Below are positions 11,716-23,890 of a stretch of DNA of 64,000 bases, one piece after another (position 1 is the first letter of the stretch; every line of letters starts with the position of its first letter). The notes beneath the pieces were generated by a model, which had not been told where the DNA came from, ran no database searches, and saw only the letters and a list, made by a program, of their open reading frames with translations. Both the position numbers and the translations under genes were made by a program. The DNA comes from Octopus sinensis (lineage: Eukaryota), in the NCBI RefSeq assembly GCF_006345805.1, contig NC_043023.1, positions 18,848,001-18,912,000 of the forward strand. The letters run 5' to 3'.

Positions 11716-12563
11716 GATGAAATCCACTCAATCACACGCCAGATTTTACCATAACGATAAATACGCGTGTGGTTCAATTGATTACATCCGACGTTATAAT
11801 TCAAATGCCCCAACCAACAGCGCGCCAAACTCTCACGGAAACAAATACAGCATTTAGAAATAAATGCAGCATAATTATAATTAATTAATAAGGGTGAGAG
11901 AATTAGATACTAATTTAATAGTATATTTATTCCACACCAAGTGGCCTAGTGCTACGAGAAATCTGGATTATTATAATATTTTATAACATATTATAATATT
12001 TTCACAAAATAAATATAAGAGAGTGGTCACTATATTGATCACTCTAGCACCAGTTAATCCAAATGGATTATTGTAAGTAATATTACATTTAATTCATTAA
12101 TAGCGAAACAATTGTCCAAAATAATCTGTATTTTTGTTATTTTTTATTTGCCCTGTCCGTGTGAGCTAACAGTCGTACTTGGCTTTCATGGGAAACATGT
12201 ATTTTCGTGGTTGAAACCTTTTGGATTAACTGGTGCTAGAGTGATCAATATAGTGACCACTCTCTTATATTTATTTTGTGAAAATATTATAATATGTTAT
12301 AAAATATTATAATAATCCAGGTTCTCGTAGCACTAGGCCACTTGGTGTGGAATAAATAATATATTAAATTAGTATCTAATTCTCTCACCCTTATATTAAT
12401 TATAATTATGCTGCATTTATTTCTAAATGCTGTATTTGTTTCCGTGAGAGTTGGCGCGCTGTTGGTTGGGGCATTTGAATTATAACGTCGGATGTAATCA
12501 ATTGAACCACACGCGTATTTATCGTTATGGTAAAATCTGGCGTGTGATTGAGTGGATTTCATC

Positions 12564-12656
12564 CAGATAGTCTTGGCTGACGAGCTACAAATGGATTATT
12601 GTAAGTAATATTACATTTAATTCATTAATAGCGAAACAATTGTCCAAAATAATCTG
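12564..12656 (+). ncRNA. Type I hammerhead ribozyme, 531-bp family, inverted copy
   Basis: + strand ttggCTGACGAgcta..tagcGAAACAATTGTCcaaaataatctg; one C fewer in helix I. Confidence 0.85.
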
Positions 12657-12923
12657 TATTTTTGTTATTTTTTATTTGCCCTGTCCGTGTGTGAGCTAAC
12701 AGTCGTACTTGGCTTTCATGGGAAACATGTATTTTCGTGGTTGAAACCTTTTGGATTAACTGGTGCTAGAGTGATCAATATAGTGACCACTCTCTATATT
12801 TATTTTGTGAAAAATTATAATATGTTATAAAATATTATAATAATCCAGGTTTCTCGTAGCACTAGGCCACTTGGTGTGGAATAAATATACTATTAATTAG
12901 TATCTAATTCTCTCCCCTTATAA

Positions 12924-12965
<42 letters not shown>

Positions 12966-13013
12966 TTATATATATATATCAATATATATATATATATATC
13001 TATATATATATAT

Positions 13014-13068
<55 letters not shown>

Positions 13069-13385
13069 ACATATGCACATATACATATGAATCTATAATA
13101 TTGATGAAGATGACGATTGTTTATAAATTTGCAGTATAACGTCACCCGTATTCACTAACATCGTGATACATTGTAGTAGTCGAGACACACCAGACAGTTG
13201 CAGGCTGTTAAAGTATGTCCTACATGTTATGTCAAGTGAAAAAAAAACAACAACAAAGCTTTGGTCTTAAAATAGTCAACAATCGTCTTCTGAAAATATT
13301 TCCCCCAACTCTCTCGTTCAGAAAGTAACATTGTTTGCTTTTTGTATAATGTTGACTCAACAAATCACACAGACACATGTGGAAG

Positions 13386-13763
13386 CTCTCCGTCGGTTAC
13401 GACGATGAGGGTTCCGGTTGATCCGATCAACGGAACAGCCAGCTCGTGAAATTAGCGTGTAAGTGGCTGAGCACTCCACAGACACGTGTACCCTTAACGT
13501 AGTTCTCGGGGATATTCAGCGTGACACAGAGAGTGACAAGGCCGGCCCCTTGAAATACAGGTACAACAGAAACAGGAAGAAAGAGTGAGAGAAAGTTGTG
13601 GTGAAAGAGTACAGCAGGGATCACCACCATCCCCTGCTGGAGCCTCGTGGAGCTTTAGGTGTTTTCGCCCAATAAACACTCACAACGCCCGGTCTGGGAA
13701 TCGAAACCGCGATCCTATGACCGCGAGTCCGCTGCCCTAACCACTGGGCCATTGCGCCTCCAC
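13386..13763 (-). mobile_element. SINE family C (tRNA-derived)
   Basis: Reverse complement of gtggaggcgcaatggcccagtggttagggcagcgg..ggtttcgattccc; cacagacacat on both sides is a possible TSD. Confidence 0.9.
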
Positions 13764-13789
13764 ATTCACAGACACATACATTCGTAGCT

Positions 13790-13998
13790 ACTCGGTCGGG
13801 CGAAATGCGTAGCCGTATTTCGTCTGTCGCTACGTTCTGAGTTCAAATTCCGCCGAGGTCGACTTTGCCTTTCATCCTTTCGGGGTCGATAAATTAAGTA
13901 CCAGTTACGCACTGGGGTCGATGTAATCGACTTAATACCTATGTCTGTCCTTGTTTGTCCCCTCTGTGTTTAGCCCCTTGTGGGTAATAAAGAAATAG
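13790..13998 (+). mobile_element. SINE family B (tRNA head plus Nin-like central domain)
   Basis: gttcaaattcc B-box followed by gcctttcatcctttcggggtcgataaattaagtaccag. Confidence 0.85.
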
Positions 13999-14143
13999 GT
14001 ATCAACATTTTAAATTCATTTCTTTATTCGGCTACAAATGTTTGTGGATCTGTGGAAATAGTGGGTCTGTTGAATGGTAATCTAGGGGGGTGGGGGTGGG
14101 GGTGTTTAGTAAAAGAAAAACTCAAGTAGATATTTATCTTTTT

Positions 14144-14288
14144 CTATTTTATCTTTTACTTGTTTCAGTCATCTGACTGCGGCCATGCTGGAGCACCGCC
14201 TTTAATCGAGCAACTCGACCCCGGGACTTATTCTTTTGTAAGCCCAGTACTTATTCTATCAGCCACTTTTGCCGAACCGCTAAGTAAC
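14144..14288 (-). mobile_element. SINE family A, 3' part
   Basis: Reverse complement of the family tail. Confidence 0.85.
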
Positions 14289-14292
14289 CAAT

Positions 14293-14580
14293 TGTAACAG
14301 GATCTGTTATCGATTCACTGAAAGGGTGTCGATCCGATCCAGTCACATACAATTTTTGCAAGACAATACAGACGAAGTCAGGTTGTAGGTGAAAGACAGC
14401 AGTTCGTTTATTTATTGCGATGGCGTACGTGTGTCTGATGGGAGAAGGACAGCCTCTGATGTACAGCTTCTTGTTCGTTTGTTGAAGAGGTTCGATGGTC
14501 GTTGGCGGCTAATTCGGTGAGGTTATCAGAGCCTACGAAATGCATGTCTGTTCGCGTTGAATGGTAATATTTATATTTGT
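14293..14580 (-). mobile_element. Possible solo-LTR fragment
   Basis: Minus strand ends ..TGTTACA with an AATAAA ~115 nt upstream; CpG-rich relative to the flanks; single copy in the window. Confidence 0.3.
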
Positions 14581-14587
14581 ATATAAG

Positions 14588-15100
14588 ACTAGCAGTATCG
14601 CCCGGCGTTGCTCGGGTTTGTAAGGTTAATAACTATATAAGCATTTTTAGAGAGTTACTTCCCTTATAGATGCCAATTCGGGCTTTCTTAGCCATTTCTG
14701 TTTTGGTGTCTTCAAGCCATGAAGTCGTTGTTCTAAAAGAACGCTGGTCTCCTTGACAACGCATTACGACGTTGATTTCCTTACACTCCCTTCCCCACAG
14801 CTTCACGAGGGAGGGAAGAAGGGGGAGAAGCAAACAGGTGCAGGTGTGACCATGGACGCCAACTCCGCCGCCATCGACACACGAAAAATTATGCATTAAA
14901 ATGGAATAAAAAATGATGTTAAATTATTTTTAAAATCGTAGACTCATCGTAGACGCGCGCTAATACTCAGACGGGCTCGATATGAATCCCGACTATAAGA
15001 TATCCGAATTTGGTTAAACTGCACCGCAAAATGTGGGAGTAGTTAGGAATCTAAATCGTAGGAGACAGACACTCACACAACTACAGTTTTATATATAAAG
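14588..15100 (+). mobile_element. ~500-bp Helitron-like element
   Basis: actagcagtatcgcccgg..ctacagttttatatata. Confidence 0.75.
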
Positions 15101-15217
15101 GTGCTGTTTACTTTCAGGCAAACGTTCCTGCAGAACTTTATGTATTAGAAACTGTTCCTTAACCCCTTGTTTGCTCTTCCTGTCAAGTTCACAAACTAAT
15201 ATATATGTACATATAAA

Positions 15218-15700
15218 ACTAAAAATAAGGGTGTCTGAGAGACACCACCATGCCGAAATAGCAGTCAAATCCCTGACTCTGAAGACCACCTTAAATGTTC
15301 ATATCGCACCATGAGATAAGACAGAGGGACAAAATAGACTAGCAAAAAGATATTACGGGATAATTCAAGATCCTGGATTTCTAGCTTTGCTTTAAATAAG
15401 CTTTGCCGTCATCAGTTGAATATATCAGATAGGCACATAAATACAAATAAATATATGCAGAAAAAACGTTATACGTACATATACAAACGTCCATACATAT
15501 ATATATATATATGCACGTATGTACAAGGGCAGTTAAATTGCCCGCCAAAATACCCCATAAAGTAATATTTTTTGCTAGTCTATTTTGTCCCTCTGTCTTA
15601 TCTCATGGTGCGATATGAACATTTAACTTGGTTCTTAGAGTCAGGATTTGACTGCTATTTCGGCATGGTGGTGTCTCTCACACACCATTATTTTTAGTTG
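15218..15700 (-). mobile_element. Dispersed retrozyme-like element with ~135-bp terminal inverted arms
   Basis: taagggtgtctgagagacaccaccatgccgaaatagcagtcaaa..gatattac is inverted at 15562-15700; HHR lies in the spacer. Confidence 0.8.
15363..15421 (-). ncRNA. Type I hammerhead ribozyme
   Basis: Minus strand: ATTCAA-CTGATGA-CGGC-aaa-GCTT-attta-AAGC-aaa-GCTA-GAA-ATCCAGGAT-C-TTGAAT. Perfect 6-bp helix I, AUC site, C.A mismatch at 10.1-11.1. Confidence 0.8.
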
Positions 15701-15818
15701 TAAAAAAATTATTACCTTGTATGGTACTTTTCCCATGCTGGCCACTTGATAATACCGATATTTAAATATCGATATTATCCTTATTTATAAATTTATATAT
15801 ATATATGTATATATCTAA

Positions 15819-15863
<45 letters not shown>

Positions 15864-15869
15864 ATATTA

Positions 15870-15907
<38 letters not shown>

Positions 15908-15928
15908 TAATAATAATAATAATAATAT

Positions 15929-16367
15929 TAGGGGAGTAAATCCAAACTTACAGGGAAAAATTAGATTTAGGATTAAATATAATTTCACAGTATAAATATA
16001 AATTAAATTAGAGATAAAACCACTATTAGGCAAATCAAACAGTGAAAAACATAAACCAAAACATAAAAATAAATCGTTCTGAGATTTAATAATGAATAAA
16101 AATAAAAATAATTAAATAACCAAAACATAAAAATAAAAATAATTAATATAATATACAAAGTATATAAGATATTTAAAATTAAAAAACTAAAATTATTTAA
16201 ATTTAAAATTATCAATTTATATTTATAAATTTTTAATATTTCTTAAAATATTTTAAAATTTTAAATTGATAAACTTTTAAGCTTTAAAAAAAATATAACT
16301 ATCAAAAAGTAATAAAAGTTAATATAAGATAATAAGTAAAACCATTAATAGTGTTTTATCTCTAATT

Positions 16368-16402
<35 letters not shown>

Positions 16403-16832
16403 ATATATATATATATAGTTAATCCAAACATGAAAACACAAAGAGAAAACACAACAACGCGAGGATGTGGAACAAGTATAGTGTTATTGGACGCTCAGGA
16501 AAGAAGGAAAGAAGGAGGGCTTAACGTTCGAGCGGAGCTCTTCGTCAGAACATAGGAAAAGGAAAGATCCAGGAAAGGAAGACGGAGGAAAAAAAATCGC
16601 CAACGGTACACGCGCGGTCACATTTTGAATATATAATATATATATATATATATTTAAAAATTCATAAGTATTAATTATTAATTTAAATAATTTTTTATAT
16701 TTAAACTTTAATTTAAATATTTTAAATTTTGAATTTTATATTTTATATATTTTTTATTATTAATTTTATTTCTATGTATTGGTTTATGATTTTCACTGTT
16801 TGATTTGCCTAATAGTGGTTTTATCTCTATTT
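15929..16832. repeat. AT-rich unclassified repeat with internal inverted duplication
   Basis: gagataaaaccactattaggcaaatcaaacagtgaaaa (~16011) is inverted at ~16790-16828; a related copy lies at 46324-46480. Confidence 0.6.
16396..16630 (-). mobile_element. Penelope-associated-type short repeat with a minimal hammerhead motif
   Basis: Minus strand CTGACGA-A-GAGC-tcc-GCTC-GAA-CGTT at 16523-16548 (one A short of GAAA); flanked by (TA)n. Confidence 0.6.
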
Positions 16833-16848
16833 AATATAATATAATATA

Positions 16849-16891
<43 letters not shown>

Positions 16892-16896
16892 TATAT

Positions 16897-17690
16897 TCCA
16901 CAAGGAATTTCAATCCCAGAGCCAAGTCTGTGAGGGACTGGGTATCGACATGAGTGATGATACCTCTTTCCAAGTGCACATTACCAGGATGGAGACAAAG
17001 TGCAGACGACTGGCGGATGGATCCTAAGCATTCAGAACGAGAGATAAGGAAACCATGATGGTCCCCTGGCGGACATTCGTCCTCAACCGCCTGGATTACT
17101 GCTCACAGCTATGGTCACCCACCAGTGTAAAATTAACAGCGGACCTTGAAGCAATCCAGAGAAGATTCACAAAGAAGATCATCTCTTTGCAACAGCTCAG
17201 CTACTGGAAAAGGTTGAAACAGCTAAGACTCTATTCTCTGGAGAGAAGACGGGAGAGGTATGCAGTAATATATATCTCGAAGATCCTGGAAGAAATTGTG
17301 CCAAATTTTGGCATTGTAAGCTACACCAATGCTAGAACGGGACGACACTACATAGTGCCAAAGATCCCAGCAATGCCATCACGCTTCAGGACCAGCTTCT
17401 GCAACAGCCTGGGTTTCAGGGGGCCACAGCTTTTTAATATTCTCCCAAAGAGTCTGAGGAACTTGCACAAAGTAGATGTAGCAGTTTTTAAATCAAAACT
17501 AGACATCTTCCTGTCAAGAGTCCCAGATGAACCTACCTCACGGAAAGAGGTGCAAATGAGAGTAGCTATATCAAACTCCATTCTTCACCAAGTGCCATAT
17601 ATTAGACGAGGTTCTTTGCCATAACAGTGTAACACAAAACGGCGGTGCATCAGCATGGCCGCAGCTCTGAGCTGAAACTAGAGAAAATAT
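16897..17690 (+). mobile_element. CR1-clade LINE, 3' fragment
   Basis: LDYCSQLWSP, SLERRRER, SLGFRGPQLFN; same family as 7345-8835. Confidence 0.9.
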
Positions 17691-17711
17691 ATATATATAT
17701 ATATATATATA

Positions 17712-17935
17712 TTTCTTTACTACCCACAAGGGGCTAAACACAGAGGGGACAAACAGGACAGACAAAGGATTAAGTTCGATACATCGACCCCAGTGCGTAA
17801 CTGGTACTTAATTTATCGACCGCGAAAGGATGAAGGCAAAGTCGACCTCGGCGGAATTCGAACCCGGACGTAACGACAGACGAAATACGGCTATGCATTT
17901 CCGCCCGCGTGCTAACGTTTCTGCCAGTTCGACGC

Positions 17936-18034
<99 letters not shown>

Positions 18035-18245
18035 ATATATATAATATATATATATATCTATATATTTTTTTTTTTTTTTTTTACTGCCCACAGGGGCTAA
18101 ACATAGAGGGGACAAACAGGACAGACAATGGTATTAAGTCGATTACATCGACCTCGGCGGAATTTGAACTCAGAACGTAACGACAGACGAAATACGGCTA
18201 CGCATTTCGCCCGGCGTGCTAACGTTTCTGCCAGTTCGACGCCTT
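17712..18245 (-). mobile_element. Two SINE family B copies separated by (TA)n
   Basis: Reverse complement of family B head and body. Confidence 0.85.
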
Positions 18246-18585
18246 TTATATATATATATATATATATATACATCATCAGTCCTGCAAGAGACTATAAGGC
18301 GACAAACATATGGACAGATTTACGACCTTACCACAATATTTCTTTATCTCTATAAAAGTTTATGACTATTTTTTCTCTCTCTATTTTCTTGTCTTTTGAT
18401 TTTTAGATCCTCCCCTTTTCTGTTTCCCTTTTCGGTTGCCCGGATTCTTACGGTCAGTCGTTGGTGCAATGAATATTAACGTGCATTTCTGTATTTTGTA
18501 TAAATGCGTATGAAGAGTCAGTAATATGTGGTTTCACTGTGCACCTATATACACACAGATATACATACATATGTATATAATACAC

Positions 18586-19392
18586 ACGCGTAGGAGTGGC
18601 TGTGTGGTAAGTAGCCTGCTTACGAACCACATGGTACCTTGGGCTACTGTCTTCTGCTATAGCCTCGGGCCGATCGGAGCCTTGTGAGTGAATTTGGTAG
18701 ATGGAAACTGAAAGAAGCTCGTCGTATATATCTCATTTTACTCTGTTACTTGTTTCAGTCATTTGAATGTGGCCATGCTGGAGCACCGCCTTTAGTCGAG
18801 GAAATTGATGCCAGGACTTATTCTTTCTAATTATATCGGTATCTTTTGCCGAACCGCTAATTTACGGGGACGTAGACACACCAGCATCGGTTGTCAAGCG
18901 ATGTTGGGGGGGGGACAAACACATAACACAAACATACACACATATATATATATACATATATACGACGGGCTTCTTTCAGTTTCCGTCTACCAAATCCACT
19001 CACATGGCATTGGTCGGCCCGGGGCTATAGCAGAAGACACTTGCCCAAGATGCCACGCAGTGGGACTGAACCCGGAACCATGTGGTTCGTAAGCAGGCTA
19101 CTTACCACACAGCCACTCCTACGCCTATGTATACATATATGTATGTATGTATATATATATATATATGTATATATATGTATGTGTGTATGTTTGTGTGTCG
19201 GTGTTTGTCTCCCCCAACATCGCTTGACGACCGATGCTGGTGTGTTTACGTCCACATAACTTAGCAGTTCGGCAAAAGAGACCGATAGAATAAGTACTAG
19301 GCTTACAAAGAATAACTCCTGGGGTCGATTTACTCGACTAAAAGGCGGTGCTCCAGCATGGCCGCAGTCAAATGACTGAAACAAGTAAAAGA
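18586..19392. mobile_element. Nested SINE family A: a minus-strand copy (~18733-19127) inside the TA tract of a plus-strand copy
   Basis: + head at 18586-18730, full - copy, then + tail at ~19140-19392. Confidence 0.75.
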
Positions 19393-19408
19393 GTATACAC
19401 ACACCCCT

Positions 19409-19443
<35 letters not shown>

Positions 19444-19562
19444 CCCTTCTCCCATCTCTCTCTCTCCCTAAATCTGATTATTTCTGGATGTCTTTTCTAT
19501 TCTTCAAATTCTCCAGCATTTCCTATGCGTTTTAACACTTTCCATGCTAATCTTTTCTACGT

Positions 19563-19614
<52 letters not shown>

Positions 19615-20034
19615 TCACAAAGACACTCCCTCCCTCCCTCCATCCCTCACTCACTCACTCACTCACTCACACACACACACACCCCACACACTCACACTCT
19701 CTCTGTCTCTAAATCTGATTATTTCTGGATGTCTTTTCTATTCTTCAAATTCTCCAGCATTTCCTATGCATTTTTACGCTTTCCATGCTAATCTTTTCCA
19801 CGTATATAAATGCTTTCCAAAACAAACAAGCACTTCGTTTTAGAAGCTTCGAAGAAACTATAAGCTTATTCCCAAGCACTCATCTCTGCATGCACTGTTA
19901 CTAATAGAATCTGCAGTGAGCTATTGAAGTTAAATACGTAATTCGTGTCCTCTAAAAGCACACACACACACATTAAGGTTGCTACTCGAGAATTGCTATA
20001 TTTTGACTGTTTTCTCAAAAAAGCTTGGATGTGG

Positions 20035-20475
20035 TTTTTAGTCCTGTTACTTGTTTCAGTCATTTGATTGTGGCCATGCTGGAGCACCGCCTTTTAGTCG
20101 AGCAAATCGACCCCCAGGACTTATCCTTTGTGAGCCCAGTACTTATTCTATTGGTCTCTTTTACTCTTTTACTCTTTTACTTGTTTCAGTCATTTGACTG
20201 TGGCCATGCTGGAGCACCGCCTTTTAGTCGAGCAAATCGATCCCAGGACTTATCCTTTGTAAGCCTAGTACTTATTCTATCGGTCTCTTTTGCTTAACCG
20301 CTAGGTTACGGGGACGTAAACACACCAGCATCGGTTGTCAAGCGATGTTGGCAAGGGGGACAAACACAGACACACAAACACACACAACACACACACACAC
20401 ACACACACCACACACATATATATATATACAATGGGCTTCCTTCAGTTTCCGTCTACCAAATCCACTCACAATGCT
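20035..20475 (-). mobile_element. SINE family A with duplicated tail
   Basis: Reverse-complement match, tail segment repeated. Confidence 0.85.
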
Positions 20476-20984
20476 TTGGTGGTTGATTTTTATACTTAAA
20501 TGTAACTCAGGGTAAATATACTAATTTCTTTTTTTGGTATATATGTATATATAGGTATATATATAATATTATTTAAATATCATAGAAATAATTAGAGACC
20601 TTAATAATATTTAAATTAATTGGTATTTGAGTATAAAATAGTTAATGTAAATTTATTTTGTAAATTTATTTTTCACAATTGAAGACGTGGTAACGAAGGA
20701 GGCCTCTTGCAACAGGTGTTCAGAGAGTCACCATCTTCGCTGACGCATGCCTTTGTTCCCTAATGGAATTTTCTATTGTGCTTTTTGCCTTTTTCAGCTG
20801 CAACCAACCATAATACTGATGTTAAAATTCAAGCAATGCCTGCGCCGCAAACAGTTTTACCAATGCTTTTCTCCCAAACGAACAACTATTCTACATTATT
20901 CGATGCAAACGAAGACGCAGGAATTGCAAAAGAGTTTTAGCTCTTTTAGAGAGATGTCGAAACAGAGGCAGGTATTTATTTGTT

Positions 20985-21260
20985 TGTTCCTTCTCGAGCC
21001 ATGCCTGGCTCATAAGGGCCGGCTTCCTGGTTTCCTTGGCGTATATATTCCCCACCAGGACGAGACGCCAGTGAGCTGCAAGATGCAGGAGGAAAGAGTG
21101 AGAGAAAGTTGTGGCAAAAGAGTCAGCAGAAGTTCACCATTACCTTCTGCCGGAGCCGTGTTTCGCGCTCATAAACACACACATCACCCAGTCTGAGATT
21201 CGAAACCGCGATCCCTCGACCGCGAGTCCGCTGCTCTAACCACTAGGCCATGTGCCTACA

Positions 21261-21303
<43 letters not shown>

Positions 21304-21586
21304 GTTGTTTTTTGTTCCTTCTCGAGCCATGCCTGGCACATAAGGGCCGGCTTCCCGGTTTCCTTGGCGTATAGGTTCCTCACCTGGACGGGACGCCGGT
21401 CCATTGCAGGTGAGCTGCAAGATGCAGAAGGAAAGAGTGAGAGAAAGTTGTGGCGAAAGAGTCAGCAGAAGTTCGCCATTATCTTCTGCCGGAGCCGCGT
21501 GGATCTTAGGTGTTTCGCACTCATAAACACACACATCGCCCAGTCTGAGATTCGAACCCGCGATCTCTCGACCGCGAGTCCGCTGC
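20985..21586 (-). mobile_element. Two tRNA-derived SINEs related to family C
   Basis: Both contain gattcgaa.ccgcgatc.ctcgaccgcgagtccgctgct and gagtgagagaaagttgtgg. Confidence 0.8.
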
Positions 21587-21689
21587 TGTTGGATGGCTGT
21601 TGATTCTTCTGATGATTTCACCAGGCCTTTGAAAGGTTTTGCTTTTCGTCCGACAGGGATTTAAGCGAAAGTTGTCCTCCTTACAAAGT

Positions 21690-22086
21690 ATGTACATACA
21701 TCCATCCATCCATCCATCCATCCATCCATCCATCCATCCATCCATCCATCCATCCATCCATCCATCCATCCATCCATCCATCCATCCATCCATCCATCCA
21801 TCCATCCATCCATCCATCCATCCATCCATCCATCCATCCATCCATCCATCCATCCATCCATCCATCCATCCATCCATCCATCCATCCATCCATCCATCAT
21901 ACATACATACATAACATACATACATACATACATACATACATACATACATACATACATAATACATACATACATACATACATACATACATACATACATACAT
22001 ACATACATACATACATACAACATACATACATACATACATACATACATACATACATACATACATACATACATACATACATACATACA
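21690..22086. repeat. (TCCA)n then (TACA)n tetranucleotide microsatellite
   Basis: Directly visible. Confidence 0.97.
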
Positions 22087-22099
22087 TAAATAATAAATG

Positions 22100-22340
22100 C
22101 GCCCTTTTAAAGCCTAGCCAGTCTCATGGGCCCGGTTTCCCGGTTTCAATGGCGTATGTGTTCCCTAGCTGGACGGGATGCCAGTCCATCGCAGCGTTAC
22201 TCATTTTTGTCAGCTGAGTGGACAGGAGCAACGTGAAAAGAAGTGTTTTGCTCAAGAACACAACGCGTCGCCCGGTCCCGGAATCGAAACCACAATCTTA
22301 CGATCATGGTGCTGACACCCTAACCACTAAGCCACGCGCC
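22100..22340 (-). mobile_element. tRNA-derived SINE with CORE/V-like domain
   Basis: Minus strand ggcgcgtggcttagtggttag..ggtttcgattcc..cttgagcaaaacactt..gcgatggactggcatcccgtccag; partial copy at 8880-8990. Confidence 0.75.
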
Positions 22341-22664
22341 TATATTTGTAATTTAGATTTGTAGTGGAATAGTTGCATAGACAAGGTCATATAGTTCAAG
22401 AGATAGGTTTAGAAAGCTTGGCAAAATAGGACCACAAAACCCAAAACCAAATTGCAAAAAGAGGGCCAACACAACAGTTATATCAAACAAAGAAAGATGA
22501 CCAGATTAAGAAGTTTATTTATGTTCTAAGACGTGAGTATTAGGTGTGTGGCATAGTTTTGGATTGCAAGTTTGTTTGGGAGAGAAATGAAAGACATAAT
22601 TGGTGAAGATTTTGTACGGAATGATAACGTACTCTTTTTATTTATGAAATGTAAAGAAAGAAAC

Positions 22665-23145
22665 ACATGGTTCCGGGTTCAGTCCCACTGCGTGGCACCT
22701 TGGGCAAGTGTTTTCTGCTATAGCCTCGGGCCGACAAAAGCCTTGTGAGTGGATTTGGTAGACGGAAACTGAAAGAAGCCCGTCGTATATATGTATATAT
22801 AAATATATATAATATACGAGAGAAAGAAGCAACAAGAATGGATAGGTATTTATATATATATATATTATAATAATATATTATATATATATATATGTATGTA
22901 TGTGTGTGCGTGTATGTTTGTGTGTCTGTATTTGTCCCCTAGCATTGCTTCACAACCGATGCTGGTGTGTTTATGTCCCCGTCACTTAGCGGTTCGGCAA
23001 AAGGGACCGATAGAGACCGATAGTACTGGGCTTACAAAGAATAAGTCCCTGGGTCGAGTTGCTCGACCAAAAAGGCGGTGCTCCAGCGTGGCCGCAGTCA
23101 GATGGCTGAAACAAGTAAAAGAGTAAAAGAGTAAGAGTAAAGAGT
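22665..23145 (+). mobile_element. SINE family A
   Basis: Match to family consensus. Confidence 0.85.
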
Positions 23146-23512
23146 AAACACGGAAGGGATCTAATGAATTTGTTGGATGAAAAGAATATAGGGAGATAAT
23201 GGATGTATAGCAACTAGACCCAATCGAGCAGGGGGAATCCATCAAAATTGACATCTGTACGGTGGATGATGTGTTTAAGGATACGAAGGTAAAGAAGGTA
23301 CCTGGTTCATTGAGTATTCATCCCTAAAATGTATGAAATATTCGTGAGAGCTGGTCATCCCTATAGCAAATCAGGTTGAATAGGAGAGTGTCATAATCAA
23401 TGACTGACGTAGCAATATCATTTGCAACTGCTACAAAAGGCAAAGGTAATGTATTAAAGGAAGAATGCCCGAAGAATTAAACTGTTGGAGCAGGTTATGA
23501 AGGTTACAAGAG
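23145..23512 (+). mobile_element. Degraded RTE-type LINE reverse transcriptase fragment
   Basis: Remnant YKGKG..RIKLLEQVMKV at ~23432-23510, with frameshifts. Confidence 0.55.
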
Positions 23513-23890
23513 TGGAGGCGCAATGGCCCAGTGGTTAGGGCAGCGGACTCGCGGTCGGAGGATCGCGGTTTCGATTCCCAGAGCGGGCATTGTGAGTGTT
23601 TATTGAGCGAAAACACCTAAAGCTCCACGCGGCTTCGGCAGGGGATGGTGGTGATCCCTGCTGTACTCTTTCACCAAAACTTTCTCTCACTCTTTATTCC
23701 TGTTTCTGTTGTACCTGTATTTCAAAGGGCCGGCCTTGTCACATTCTGTGTGTCACGCTGAATATCCCCGAGAACTATGTTAAGGGTACACGTGTCTGTG
23801 GAGTGCTCAGCCACTTGCACGTTAATATCACGAGCGAACTGTTCCGTTGATCGTATCAGCTGGGACCCTCATCGTCGCAACCGACGGAGT
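23512..23890 (+). mobile_element. SINE family C
   Basis: Full-length match to 13386-13763. Confidence 0.9.

Larger units (their letters stand above)
10405..12931. repeat. ~531-bp tandem array (about 3.1 forward plus 1.6 inverted units), retrozyme-like
   Basis: Unit starts at 10405, 10936, 11466 and 12006; orientation flips at ~12060-12063; flanked by (TA)n. Confidence 0.95.

Noticed and set aside
14530-14560. GAAATGCATGTC resembling a hammerhead 3' half
   Set aside because: No upstream CUGANGA with pairable helices.
18270-18285. Isolated CTGATGA on the minus strand next to (TA)n
   Set aside because: No helix II or GAAA half follows; cannot be called a ribozyme.
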